Assembly: GCA_964437185.1 (NCBI GenBank)
Contig: CAYTFU010000001.1
Location: 101,022-165,021, forward strand
From: an uncultured Candidatus Saccharibacteria bacterium
Lineage (GTDB): Bacteria > Patescibacteriota > Minisyncoccia > Phycocordibacterales > UBA2100
Direction: 5' to 3'
Length of the DNA stretch: 64,000 nt
The notes below the pieces were generated by a model that made no database searches, had not been told where the DNA came from, and saw nothing but the letters and a program-made list of their open reading frames with translations. Shown here one piece after another: positions 44,646 to 54,411 of the stretch. Position numbers and translations under genes: made by a program. How positions within the stretch are numbered: position 1 is the stretch's first letter; every line of letters begins with the position of its first letter.

Positions 44646-47600
44646 ATGGGAAACAAGAAAATCTTTGCCATTTTGCTCGGTTCCGTCGCGATTATATCGT
44701 TCGCTCCGGTTTCCTCAGTCCACCTCACACCAGGATTAAATACCGCCCTTGCTCAAACAACGCAATCTTGTAGCGGAATGGGAAGTCTCTCAAATCCGTC
44801 TGGCCGCATTACCGATCTCTCGACCCTCCCTCCGAACGTGGCACCGCAAAGGGCGGCATACTATTGTACTGGCACAGGTTTCGTGGGAACCCAGTACATC
44901 TTTTTCGACTCTAACGATAGGGAAATCGCCAACATAGCTAGTCCAGCCCCTGGAACCTTTGTGAGCACCGGGTTAGGCGGAGCGACTGGCGGAAGGGCTA
45001 AAACTCTGACCCTCGGCCCCCAGGACTGTAACTTCGAGAAAAGCTGGGCTCCATTCTTTAAGCCCGGCTGTTGGGGAAGGCTACTTGGAGCTCTGGTAGC
45101 CAGTATTTTTGTCTCGATAGGCGCATCACTCCTCGAATTGGCTGGTTGGTTTTTCAATCACGTGCTCCAAAATACGATCGTTGACTTCAAAGGGGCAATA
45201 TTCGGAAAAATCGAGGGTGCGATAAATATTGGCTGGACCGTATTTCGAGACCTCGCCAACATCACGATCATCGGCGTATTTACCTTCATCGCGCTCTCAA
45301 TCATCTTTGGCCTCAAATCCTACGGGCAAAAAAAACTTGTCGCCAACGTACTCATCGTCGCGGTACTCATCAATTTCAGCCTGCTCTTTACGAAGATAAT
45401 TATCGATGCGTCAAATTTTACGGCAACTCAATTTTACAGGGCAGCAATCGCCGACGCGGCTGCGAGTAAAGGAAGCGTCAGTGCGGCAACCTCAATATCG
45501 CCTACGGGAAGCACGTCTTCCGAATCATCGCCCACTCACACTACGAAGGGAATTTCTGGCTCATTCATGGAAACGATCGGCATTACCGGATTTGCGGATT
45601 CATACAAATACGTTCGCAGTATCCAGGAAGAGAAAGATAGCGGGATCGCGGGATTTCTTTTCGGGCTCATGTCGTTTATTTTTCTCCTGGGTGCCGCAAT
45701 TGTCCTTTTTTACGGCAGCTTCCTGCTCATTACTCGTGCCGTACTTCTCATATTTCTAATGCTGACGTCTGCGGCGGCGTTTGCGACCTACCTCATCCCA
45801 AACATTGAAAAGGCATCGTATGGGTGGAAAACGTGGATTGAATCTTTGGCGCAAGTTGCCGTGTTTGCCCCGCTACTCCTACTCTTCTTGTGGATCACCC
45901 TCACGATTGCAAAGGCCCTCAAACCAATTACCACCATGTCAACTACCACATCAACATTGGGCCAGGCAGGCAGTTCGCCCGGAGGCGCCGTCGCCGCCAT
46001 GTTTGGGTACTTCCTAATACTAGGAATGCTCTTCCTCTCATTCAAACTATCGAGCAAACTCTCGGGCAAGATCGCTGGTTTCAGTACCGCGGCGATGGTG
46101 CCGGGAGCGGCACTCGGATTGGGGCTCCGAGGGGTCGGCGCTCTTGGTACGGGGTTAGGATGGGGAGCCTCTGCACTGAGAGGAAAGATGCTGAACAATG
46201 GCTGGACAGACGCTGACGTTAACAAGGGAGTACGTGGATTTTTGATGAGGGGCGCAACTGTAGCCGCAAACAAGGCTGCGACGACCAATTTCAATGCATT
46301 GCAAAACAAGACTTTTGGTAAATTTACTAAGGCCCTCGGTATACCAAAAGCACTATCTGGCGGAATTGATACAAAAGGTGGGTTTGATGGCCTCATGACG
46401 CGAAGGGCGCAAGCGGGAGTCGCGAAGGGTAAAGCACTCGCGCCGACTGCAAGCTACCTTGCGGCCAAAGGCAAGGCAGCGGCTGAGACTGCCGCCCAAG
46501 CCGTGAGGGAGGAGATCAACGGACTGAAGGGCGAAAGGGCCGCACTCGACGGACAAAAGCAGACGCTGTCGGAAATCGCACGTGCTGAAATCGATCACGA
46601 GAAAAAGATTGGAATCTCCCGAGCGCAAGCAGCAGCCGAAGCGGGGCTATCAGGTGCACTTACCAACTCGAGTGCGCTTGCAAGGGTCGCGATGGAGCGT
46701 GCGGCGGCGAATCAACCCGATTCGCCAGAGGCGCGGGAGGGGATTGCGCTCGCACAAAGTGCGCAGGCCGCAACGGACAAAGCCAACATGCTCGCCGAAT
46801 CCGCAGAGTCTCAGCGGAAAATCGCCGAAGAGGCACACGCCAACGCAGAAACGCTCAAAGCGGACGCAGCGGCCAACCCCAGTGATCCCGAAAAAGCTGG
46901 GGCGGCAGATGGGGCAAGTAAGGCGATGCTCGAAGCCACAAACGAAGCGGAGCGGCTCGCAAAAGACGCGAGTGCCGCGCGCGTACAGGAAGAACAAGCG
47001 CATCAAGCAGCACTTAACAAGATGGTCGAAGCTACGAGCAAGCTCGAGAAAACGGCTGCTGCTCCCGCGCCTGCCGCCGCATCGGGTGGATCGGCGGCAC
47101 CAGGCGCCGCGAGTTCGGGTGGCAGCGGCTCGGCGGCGCAGGGAGGTGACCGCGCAACAGCCGAAAAAATCAACGAGGTTACAGAGGCGGTCAAAGAAGT
47201 GGGCAAGGAGCAGAGGCAACAGCACGAAGAGGGTCTCCGTGTGAGCATACCCAAAGCGCTCTCCGAGGCGGCGCAACAAATCCTCGACGCACAAGCAGAG
47301 CTTCGCCACGCACAGGAAGAAAAGCAGAACGTACATCTCACCGCCGAGGCGCGAGCAAAAAGGATGATTGAAACAAGCCCAGTCATAAAAGACATCACCG
47401 ACCAAATATCTGCACGAGACAAAAAACTTGTGGAGATCAGAATTAAAAACGGCGTGAAGGGGGAAGACGTGTACTCTGGACGAGGGGATGACAAGATGAT
47501 CAGAGACATCGCAGAAAAAGTCTCCAAAGAAACAATCGGAAGAACACAGATAACAGTGGCAAAATCGTTCATCAGGGATCCGCGAGCCCGCACCAAGGTC

Positions 47601-47741
47601 GAAGGAATGTTACGCGAGCGCCAAAAGACAGACCGAATCAAAGACCTCGCCGCAGCGTTCACCGAAACCGGGGCGATCGAAACGCCGCCTGCACCCGCGC
47701 CTGCGCCGTCTCCGACACCTCCCACCGGAGGAACCGTATAA
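44646..47741 (+). CDS. VirB6/TrbL-like polytopic membrane protein with about 550-aa Ala/Glu/Lys-rich coiled-coil C-terminal extension
   Basis: Signal peptide, at least 6 TM helices between residues about 130-480, then a long low-complexity helical tail ending in a Pro-rich segment. Position is 5' of the PrgI/VirB4 genes. Confidence 0.55.
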   Translation: MGNKKIFAILLGSVAIISFAPVSSVHLTPGLNTALAQTTQSCSGMGSLSNPSGRITDLSTLPPNVAPQRAAYYCTGTGFVGTQYIFFDSNDREIANIASPAPGTFVSTGLGGATGGRAKTLTLGPQDCNFEKSWAPFFKPGCWGRLLGALVASIFVSIGASLLELAGWFFNHVLQNTIVDFKGAIFGKIEGAINIGWTVFRDLANITIIGVFTFIALSIIFGLKSYGQKKLVANVLIVAVLINFSLLFTKIIIDASNFTATQFYRAAIADAAASKGSVSAATSISPTGSTSSESSPTHTTKGISGSFMETIGITGFADSYKYVRSIQEEKDSGIAGFLFGLMSFIFLLGAAIVLFYGSFLLITRAVLLIFLMLTSAAAFATYLIPNIEKASYGWKTWIESLAQVAVFAPLLLLFLWITLTIAKALKPITTMSTTTSTLGQAGSSPGGAVAAMFGYFLILGMLFLSFKLSSKLSGKIAGFSTAAMVPGAALGLGLRGVGALGTGLGWGASALRGKMLNNGWTDADVNKGVRGFLMRGATVAANKAATTNFNALQNKTFGKFTKALGIPKALSGGIDTKGGFDGLMTRRAQAGVAKGKALAPTASYLAAKGKAAAETAAQAVREEINGLKGERAALDGQKQTLSEIARAEIDHEKKIGISRAQAAAEAGLSGALTNSSALARVAMERAAANQPDSPEAREGIALAQSAQAATDKANMLAESAESQRKIAEEAHANAETLKADAAANPSDPEKAGAADGASKAMLEATNEAERLAKDASAARVQEEQAHQAALNKMVEATSKLEKTAAAPAPAAASGGSAAPGAASSGGSGSAAQGGDRATAEKINEVTEAVKEVGKEQRQQHEEGLRVSIPKALSEAAQQILDAQAELRHAQEEKQNVHLTAEARAKRMIETSPVIKDITDQISARDKKLVEIRIKNGVKGEDVYSGRGDDKMIRDIAEKVSKETIGRTQITVAKSFIRDPRARTKVEGMLRERQKTDRIKDLAAAFTETGAIETPPAPAPAPSPTPPTGGTV

Positions 47742-47744
47742 TCT

Positions 47745-48284
47745 ATGGACCAAGAGATTGATTTGCGAGAAGCATTGAAAGAGCGTTTTTTTGAACTCCC
47801 CAAAGTCGTACAAGACGCCATCACCTCGACTGACATACAAAAACTCCTTCAAGGTCTTGCGGAGACAAGTAAGCTACATGTCGATCAGTGGCAAATACTT
47901 GAAAATGAAGTGATTATGGCCCTCTATGGAGTCACTGAGGTCACAGATTTACAAACCAATATCCAGAAACATGTCAATGTTCCCGCCGAAATGGCCGCAC
48001 TTCTTGCGACGAACATCTCAAAAATGGTATTTGAGCCAATTCGCGGAGAGATTGAGAGCTCTCTGCGTCACCCCGATGCGCAGGCCGCTGTGGCAAGCGG
48101 CGTCGACACGGTTCGATCCCAGATACTCGCAAACAATGCCCAGCCCAGCCCCGCGACGCCTCCACCTCCCTCGCCGACGCAGAAAGTGGCGCGCGCGCCG
48201 ATTTCTGCGGCATACCACGCTGGCGAACCGTCGAGCGCGCGCGCCTCTGTCGACGACGATCCGTACCGAGAGTCACCGACCTGA
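47745..48284 (+). CDS. hypothetical T4SS-associated protein
   Basis: 179 aa. Tight spacing within the cluster. Pro-rich C-terminus. Confidence 0.4.
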   Translation: MDQEIDLREALKERFFELPKVVQDAITSTDIQKLLQGLAETSKLHVDQWQILENEVIMALYGVTEVTDLQTNIQKHVNVPAEMAALLATNISKMVFEPIRGEIESSLRHPDAQAAVASGVDTVRSQILANNAQPSPATPPPPSPTQKVARAPISAAYHAGEPSSARASVDDDPYRESPT

Positions 48285-48349
48285 GGCGAGTTATCAAGAA
48301 GTCTTTTTGAATTGCGATTCGACGCTTTCTGCGCTGATATAATGCGTGC

Positions 48350-48865
48350 ATGCAGTTTCAAGTGCCTCAATTCATCGAGGTAGAGGATAAGATCTTTGGT
48401 CCGCTGACCTTCAAGCAATTTATCTACGTGGGCGGCGGAGCAGGAGCGTGCTACATAATCTGGCGCATGCTGCCCATCTATGCGAGCGCACCCCTTATTG
48501 CCGCAGTAGCGGGCCTTGCTGTGAGTCTTGCGTTTTTTCAATTCAACGGCCGGCCATTTATCACGAGCCTTGAAAATGGCTTCTACTTCCTCATCCGAGG
48601 CAAGCTGTACCTCTGGAGCAACGCCCCAAAGAAAAGCACCATCGCGATAAAGGGAAAACCGCTGCGCGGCGACCTTTCCAACATATACATACCGAAGCTC
48701 TCCGAGAGCAAACTTCACGAACTCTCGTGGAGCCTCGATATCAAAGAAAGGATAGCGCAGGGAATAGCAAGTGACGTTGAGCGTGAGGGAGAACATCCGG
48801 GCGCACCCTCACTCATGAGAAGTCCCCAGCAAGTGCGCGACTCGATATTGAGCCAATCTGCGTAA
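48350..48865 (+). CDS. PrgI/VirB3-like small membrane protein
   Basis: MQFQVPQFIEVEDKIFGPLTFKQFIYVGGGAGACYIIW followed by two TM helices. Confidence 0.55.
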   Translation: MQFQVPQFIEVEDKIFGPLTFKQFIYVGGGAGACYIIWRMLPIYASAPLIAAVAGLAVSLAFFQFNGRPFITSLENGFYFLIRGKLYLWSNAPKKSTIAIKGKPLRGDLSNIYIPKLSESKLHELSWSLDIKERIAQGIASDVEREGEHPGAPSLMRSPQQVRDSILSQSA

Positions 48866-48868
48866 TAT

Positions 48869-49534
48869 ATGCCTACCAAATCCGAAAACCCTCGCGCGAG
48901 CGCTCGATCAACACAGGAATTTTTGCCCGTTTCCGAGGTGCGTGATGGCGTCGTGGTACTAAAAGACGGAAGTCTCCGAGCAATACTCCTCGCATCATCG
49001 ATCAACTTCGCGCTCAAATCCGAAGACGAGCAGACTGCCTTCATTATCCAGTTTCAAAACTTCCTCAATTCCCTCGACTTTTCTGTGCAGATTTTCGTGC
49101 AATCGCGCACGCTCGACATCCGCCCCTATATTGCCACTCTTGAGGTGGCATACAAAGAGCAGCTCGACGATCTCATGCGCATCCAGATTCGGGAGTACAT
49201 TCAATTCATCAAAAGCTTTACCGAAGCAGCGAATATCATGTCCAAAAACTTTTTCGTCTCCGTACCCTATAGCCCGGCAATTCAACTGAGCAAGAGCGGC
49301 ATCGCGTCGATGCTCCCGTTTGGAAAATCTAAAACGAGCTCTGAGGAGTCGAACAAAACGTTTGAAGAAAGCGTCTCTCAGCTGGAGCAGCGGGTCTCTA
49401 TTGTGCAGCAAGGCCTCGTCCGCACGGGCGTGCGCACCGTACAGCTCGGCACCGAAGAGGCGATCGAGCTTCTCTACAAAATGTTTAATCCCGGCGAAGA
49501 AGGCAAGCCGATGCCGCTGAACAGTCAACAGTAA
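48869..49534 (+). CDS. VirB4-family N-terminal domain protein; possibly a detached part of VirB4
   Basis: FLPVSEVRDGVVVLKDGSLRAILLASSINFALKSEDEQ...FQNFLNSLDFSVQIF resembles the VirB4/TrbE N-terminus. 3-nt gap after the PrgI-like gene. This assignment rests on motif memory rather than a database search. Confidence 0.5.
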   Translation: MPTKSENPRASARSTQEFLPVSEVRDGVVVLKDGSLRAILLASSINFALKSEDEQTAFIIQFQNFLNSLDFSVQIFVQSRTLDIRPYIATLEVAYKEQLDDLMRIQIREYIQFIKSFTEAANIMSKNFFVSVPYSPAIQLSKSGIASMLPFGKSKTSSEESNKTFEESVSQLEQRVSIVQQGLVRTGVRTVQLGTEEAIELLYKMFNPGEEGKPMPLNSQQ

Positions 49535-49609
49535 ATAGTACGTAGAATCTAAAAAATACCGCTACAATCCACCTAACGACTACTGACTATTTTCTACTGA
49601 CTACCTACT

Positions 49610-51538
49610 ATGGCTCTTCTCGACTTTCTCACAAAAAAGCAGGCGGACTCTCCAGACGTTTTGCCCATACTTCCGGAAGAAATCTATAAGATGGGCATCC
49701 TCGACCTGCAAGATGTGATCGCGCCGCACGCGCTCCACATCTCGCCGCGCGAACTCGACCTCGGCGAGAAGATCGCGCGCACATTCTTTGTCATCTCGTA
49801 TCCGCGCTTTCTCACGACGGGCTGGTTTGCTCCGATCATCAACATGGACAAAGTCCTCGACATTTCGATCTTCATACACCCGCTCGATACCAATGAGATG
49901 CTGCGTAAATTTCAGAAGAAGGTTGCCGAGGTGCAAAGCCAGATCTCGACGCGCGAGGCGAAGGGGATGGTCCGCGACCCGATGCTCGACACCGCGTACT
50001 CCGATCTCGAACAACTCCGCGATTCCTTGCAGCAGGCGCAGGAGCGCATGTTTGACGTGGGGCTCTACATTACGATTTATGGAAACACGCGAGAGGAGAT
50101 CGACAAGGTGGAAACTGATGTGCGCTCGGTGCTCGAATCTCGACTCGTCTACATTCGCCCCGCGCTCTTTCAGCAAGAGCAGGGATTCCGCTCCGTGCTC
50201 CCGATCGCGACCGACGAGCTCGACGTCCATACGAAGCTCAACTCCGCACCTCTCTCGTCCATATTTCCGTTCATTTCGTTCGACCTGACGTCGGATAGGG
50301 GAATACTCTACGGAATCAACCGGCACAATTCGTCGCTCGTACTCTTCGATCGGTTCTCTCTCGAAAACTACAACTCCGTCACCTTTGCAAAATCGGGAGC
50401 CGGAAAATCGTACACAACGAAGCTCGAGATTTTGAGAAGTCTTATGTTCGACACCGAAGTTATCGTCATCGACCCCGAGCGAGAGTATGAATACTTGGCA
50501 GTCACGGTGGGTGGGCGATACTTCAATATCTCGCTCTCGTCGGAACACCACATCAACCCGTTTGATCTCCCGATTCCACGCGGCGACGAAAGCCCTTCGG
50601 ATGTCTTGCGCAACAACATCATCACGCTCGTGGGGCTTTTTCGCATCATGCTCGGCGGCTTGACGCCGGAAGAAGACGCGATCATCGATAGAGCGATTAC
50701 CGAGACGTACGCGCTCAAAGACATCACCGCGGACGCAAACTTCGCCCAAATCGAACCGCCACTGCTTTCAGACTTCGAGCTCGTGCTCTCCGGCATGGAA
50801 GGCTCAGAATCGCTCGTCTCGCGGCTATCGAAATATACGAAAGGCACGTGGTCGGGCTTTATGAACCGCCCAACCAACGTAGACATGAACAAGAAATTGA
50901 CGGTCTTTTCGGTGCGCGACATGGAGGATGATTTGAAACCGGTCGCTATGTACATCATCACGCACCACATCTGGAACACGGTGCGCAAGGAGCTCCGCAA
51001 GCGTCTCCTCATCATCGACGAAGCGTGGTGGATGATGAAATCGCAGGATACCGCCTCGTTCCTCTTCGGAATCGCGAAACGCGGCCGCAAATACTACCTC
51101 GGCCTTTCAACGATCACCCAAGACGTCAACGACTTCCTCACATCGCCCTACGGGACGGCCATGATCACCAACTCTTCGATTCAATTATTACTACGACAGT
51201 CGCCGACCTCCGTCGATCTCGTACAACAAACCTTCAAGCTCTCCGACGAGGAAAAATATCTGCTCCTTGAATCAGACGTGGGGGAGGGGATCTTCTTTGC
51301 GGGCCTCAAGCACGTGGCGATGAAAGTAATCGCCTCATACACCGAAGATCAGATCATTACCTCGGATCCGTCTCAGATACTCGCGATCAAAAAGGCCAAA
51401 CAAGAGCTCGAAGCGGCGAATGATGCGGGGCAGACGGTGAGCACGCCCGACACGACGTCAACCCACGCCGGACAAATTAAAGAGGCGCCAGTAAATCTCG
51501 GCGCTGCGCCGGCGAGCGCGCCAATAACCCCGCAATGA
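49610..51538 (+). CDS. virB4: VirB4/TrbE/CagE-family T4SS ATPase
   Basis: Walker A KSGAGKSYTTK. Walker B LLIIDEAWWMM. The DEAW motif is diagnostic. Also DVIAP...FFVISYP. Confidence 0.85.
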   Translation: MALLDFLTKKQADSPDVLPILPEEIYKMGILDLQDVIAPHALHISPRELDLGEKIARTFFVISYPRFLTTGWFAPIINMDKVLDISIFIHPLDTNEMLRKFQKKVAEVQSQISTREAKGMVRDPMLDTAYSDLEQLRDSLQQAQERMFDVGLYITIYGNTREEIDKVETDVRSVLESRLVYIRPALFQQEQGFRSVLPIATDELDVHTKLNSAPLSSIFPFISFDLTSDRGILYGINRHNSSLVLFDRFSLENYNSVTFAKSGAGKSYTTKLEILRSLMFDTEVIVIDPEREYEYLAVTVGGRYFNISLSSEHHINPFDLPIPRGDESPSDVLRNNIITLVGLFRIMLGGLTPEEDAIIDRAITETYALKDITADANFAQIEPPLLSDFELVLSGMEGSESLVSRLSKYTKGTWSGFMNRPTNVDMNKKLTVFSVRDMEDDLKPVAMYIITHHIWNTVRKELRKRLLIIDEAWWMMKSQDTASFLFGIAKRGRKYYLGLSTITQDVNDFLTSPYGTAMITNSSIQLLLRQSPTSVDLVQQTFKLSDEEKYLLLESDVGEGIFFAGLKHVAMKVIASYTEDQIITSDPSQILAIKKAKQELEAANDAGQTVSTPDTTSTHAGQIKEAPVNLGAAPASAPITPQ

Positions 51539-52596
51539 AAACACGATCATTGACCACATCGCGGAGACATCTCGTGTTCACGGCGCTTATACTTTGTGCG
51601 GCGCTGCTCGCGACATCACGCGCTCACGCACAGAGCGGCCTTCTCGGATTTGAGCGTTCGCTCGTCATACAGATGAACCCGCAGTATCCGAGGCCGGGAG
51701 ACATCGTATCGCTCAAGGTAACGAGCCCCATTCAAGATATTTCGGAGGGAGAAATAGCATGGACTACAAACGGCAAGCCACTCTCATCGGGGACGGGGGA
51801 GCTCACTGCGCAAATCGAACTCGGTCCACTCGGGAGCAGGACCGTGATCGGCGTGAACGTCATCACAGACAACGGAGAGGCATTCGGAGAAATGACCATC
51901 ATCCCCACAGAGATCGATCTCCTCGTCGACACCGACGCGTACGTGCCGCCTTTCTACCGCGGGAGAGCCCTCCCATCGGTTGGAACGACCGTGTACCTTG
52001 AAGCGAAACCTCGTTTCCTTCTGCCGAGCGGCGCGAGCGTGCCCACGAGCGACATCTTTTTCACATGGAAGAAAAACAACGACACGTTGACTGCTCTGAG
52101 CGGTAAAGGAAAATCCGTCGCGCGCATACCCTTACAAAATCTTTTCGGCACGTATGTGGTGTCGGTCGAAGCATACACGAGCGACCGCAGTCTTTCGGGT
52201 CGCGCTACCCACACACTCACTCACACGCCGCCAGCCGTTTTACTCTACCAAGACCACCCCCTCTACGGCATCATGTACCACCGCGCCCTCACAAGCCCAG
52301 CGACATTTTCTGAAAACGAAATCACGTTTGCACTCGTGCCATTTTTTGCACAGGCAACAAGCCCCAACGACCCTGGGCTCACGTTTGCATGGAGCGTAAA
52401 TGGACAAAGTATCCCCGCAGACGCAAACAATCCGAGCCGAATCACCATCAATGCCGATAATTCATCGGGCGAAGCACTCTTGAAGCTCGGCCTGTCGCAC
52501 AAAACCAACTATTTCTTTTCTTCTGACACGACGTGGAATATGACGCTCTCTTCAAGAGAACCTTCATCGGCGACGTTTAGCCCTTTCACTGAGTAG
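51535..52596 (+). CDS. secreted protein with Ig-like beta repeats (T4SS-associated)
   Basis: Signal peptide ALILCAALLATSRAHA. ATGA overlap with virB4. Confidence 0.5.
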   Translation: MKTRSLTTSRRHLVFTALILCAALLATSRAHAQSGLLGFERSLVIQMNPQYPRPGDIVSLKVTSPIQDISEGEIAWTTNGKPLSSGTGELTAQIELGPLGSRTVIGVNVITDNGEAFGEMTIIPTEIDLLVDTDAYVPPFYRGRALPSVGTTVYLEAKPRFLLPSGASVPTSDIFFTWKKNNDTLTALSGKGKSVARIPLQNLFGTYVVSVEAYTSDRSLSGRATHTLTHTPPAVLLYQDHPLYGIMYHRALTSPATFSENEITFALVPFFAQATSPNDPGLTFAWSVNGQSIPADANNPSRITINADNSSGEALLKLGLSHKTNYFFSSDTTWNMTLSSREPSSATFSPFTE

Positions 52597-52597
52597 T

Positions 52598-53956
52598 ATG
52601 ACGAGAACCATCATCGAATATACACTCGCGGCAGTTGTTGTCGTCATCCTCGGCGCTTTAGTAGGGTGGTATTTCTTCCTCGAAAAAAAATCCGATGGAG
52701 CAGTGCCCCCGAGCGCCGCACGGGAATACGAAGTGCCGATCGCAGAACAGTCCGATCATCCTGCAAGCGCCCCGAGCCCGTCGTTCCTTTCGAAACTGCG
52801 CGAGAGCATCTTCGGGTCGGGGGATGGGGTATCTGAGACACCGAGCGCGGCGTTCGGCGAAAGCACTGTTACAACGCCCGCAGGGCCCGCAGCCATCGTC
52901 GAGCAGGTGGTAAAGCGGCCTCCGCAGCTCTCACAGGTACACGCAAAACCAATCGCGGGCATGTCTTTTATAGCAACGCCCGAAGGCGAGCGCCTCCGAT
53001 TTGTCGAGCGCGCAACGGGGTACGTCTACGATGCTAACCTAGAGACTGGGGCCGTGGCACGCATCAGCAACACACTGTCTCCAAAAGTGTACGAGGTGAT
53101 TATTTCAAAAAGCGGCCGTGTCATCGAGCGTACCCTCGACGCTGATGGCCGCATATCGACCACGGCACATCTTTTCGCAGCATCAAGCACCGCAAGTGCA
53201 ACGACCTCCGCCGCAACCTCAACGCGTTTACTTCCAAAAGACATCGAGCGCATCGCCGTAGACCCCAAAACCGAAAATCTTTTTTATCTCATCCGCAGCG
53301 CATCGGGCGTCGAGGGCCATCAATCAGAATGGGGCGGAACAAAAGCGACGCGAGTGTTTTCTTCCGGCGTACTCCATTGGATCCCCCTGTGGCTTTCCGA
53401 CGGTCGCGTCATTCTCACGCAGAATGCCGCAAGCGGCGTCCCGGGATTCGCATATGAAATCGTGAGAGGGGAGACGCGTCCGCTCCTTCGGAACATCGCG
53501 GGACTCACGCTCCTGCCGCGCGCGTCGGGTTCGGTGATTTTTGGCGAGGCGACGAGCGGCTCGTTCAATCTTTTCGCTCAGGCAGGCCCTACGAGCACTG
53601 CGATGCGACTCTCAATCAAAACCGCGGCGGACAAATGCGCTTGGACACCGGACCTATTAACACAGAGCACGAGTACCGGAAAGATTGTCACGAAGGTAAC
53701 GCGCACCTACACGGCGCTCTGCGGAGTCCCGGAAGAATCGCCTGCGCCTGGTTTTCTCGAAAATTGGTACCGCGGCGTCACGCACACATCGGACACCTTG
53801 TGGTGGGTGGATGCAGGCTCCGGCAACGCAACACTCGTATATAATCCAAACGTATCGGTGGATGTGGATCGCCCACAATTTAATGGCACAGGAGGATACC
53901 TCGCATTCATAAACAAAACTGATTTGTCTCTGTGGATATTCCGCGTAGAAAAATAA
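52598..53956 (+). CDS. membrane-anchored extracytoplasmic protein (T4SS-associated)
   Basis: N-terminal TM helix AAVVVVILGALVGWYFFL. 452 aa. Confidence 0.5.
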   Translation: MTRTIIEYTLAAVVVVILGALVGWYFFLEKKSDGAVPPSAAREYEVPIAEQSDHPASAPSPSFLSKLRESIFGSGDGVSETPSAAFGESTVTTPAGPAAIVEQVVKRPPQLSQVHAKPIAGMSFIATPEGERLRFVERATGYVYDANLETGAVARISNTLSPKVYEVIISKSGRVIERTLDADGRISTTAHLFAASSTASATTSAATSTRLLPKDIERIAVDPKTENLFYLIRSASGVEGHQSEWGGTKATRVFSSGVLHWIPLWLSDGRVILTQNAASGVPGFAYEIVRGETRPLLRNIAGLTLLPRASGSVIFGEATSGSFNLFAQAGPTSTAMRLSIKTAADKCAWTPDLLTQSTSTGKIVTKVTRTYTALCGVPEESPAPGFLENWYRGVTHTSDTLWWVDAGSGNATLVYNPNVSVDVDRPQFNGTGGYLAFINKTDLSLWIFRVEK

Positions 53957-53958
53957 CT

Positions 53959-54399
53959 ATGATAAAAAAGCTCTTTCATGCCATTCGAACACGCGCTCGG
54001 AATGTTCTTTTCCAGGGAGCTGCGTTTGCGCCGCTTGCGAAGTATTCCGGGACCCCTCTCGAGGGCATATATTCCAGTACCGCGGTGTGGGATCTCGGCG
54101 ACTTTTTGGGTGGATTTTTCAAATTCGCGATTGCGGTCGGTGCGATCGCCGCCATACTTCGCATCGCATACGCGGGATACCTCTATATGGGCTCAGACAT
54201 TACAAACAACAAGGGGAGGGCCAAAACCATTCTTACTGATGTCGTAATTGGCCTGCTTCTCCTCCTTTCGATCTGGATCATCCTGTATCAGATCAATCCG
54301 AATATTCTGAAAATCGATCTCCTGAAAACCCTAAACGAATCGGAACAAAAACTGCAGCAGCAGCGCGAAGCCAACAGGGCTGGATCTGCTGGGGAATGA
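53959..54399 (+). CDS. VirB2/TrbC-like pilin candidate (two-TM small protein)
   Basis: ATG 2 nt after the upstream stop. Two hydrophobic helices (FAIAVGAIAAILRIAYAGYLYM; VVIGLLLLLSIWIILYQI). Confidence 0.4.
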   Translation: MIKKLFHAIRTRARNVLFQGAAFAPLAKYSGTPLEGIYSSTAVWDLGDFLGGFFKFAIAVGAIAAILRIAYAGYLYMGSDITNNKGRAKTILTDVVIGLLLLLSIWIILYQINPNILKIDLLKTLNESEQKLQQQREANRAGSAGE

Positions 54400-54411
54400 T
54401 AGGGCCACGCA

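Noticed and set aside
46650-47852. 251- and 277-aa minus-strand ORFs inside the VirB6-like gene
   Set aside because: They lie antisense to the repetitive coiled-coil region. Alternative-frame ORFs are expected across Ala/Glu/Lys-rich low-complexity sequence.
49601-50749. 382-aa minus-strand ORF across the virB4 5' half
   Set aside because: Antisense to a gene with Walker A/B motifs. Its translation is Arg/Val/Glu-rich with no motifs.
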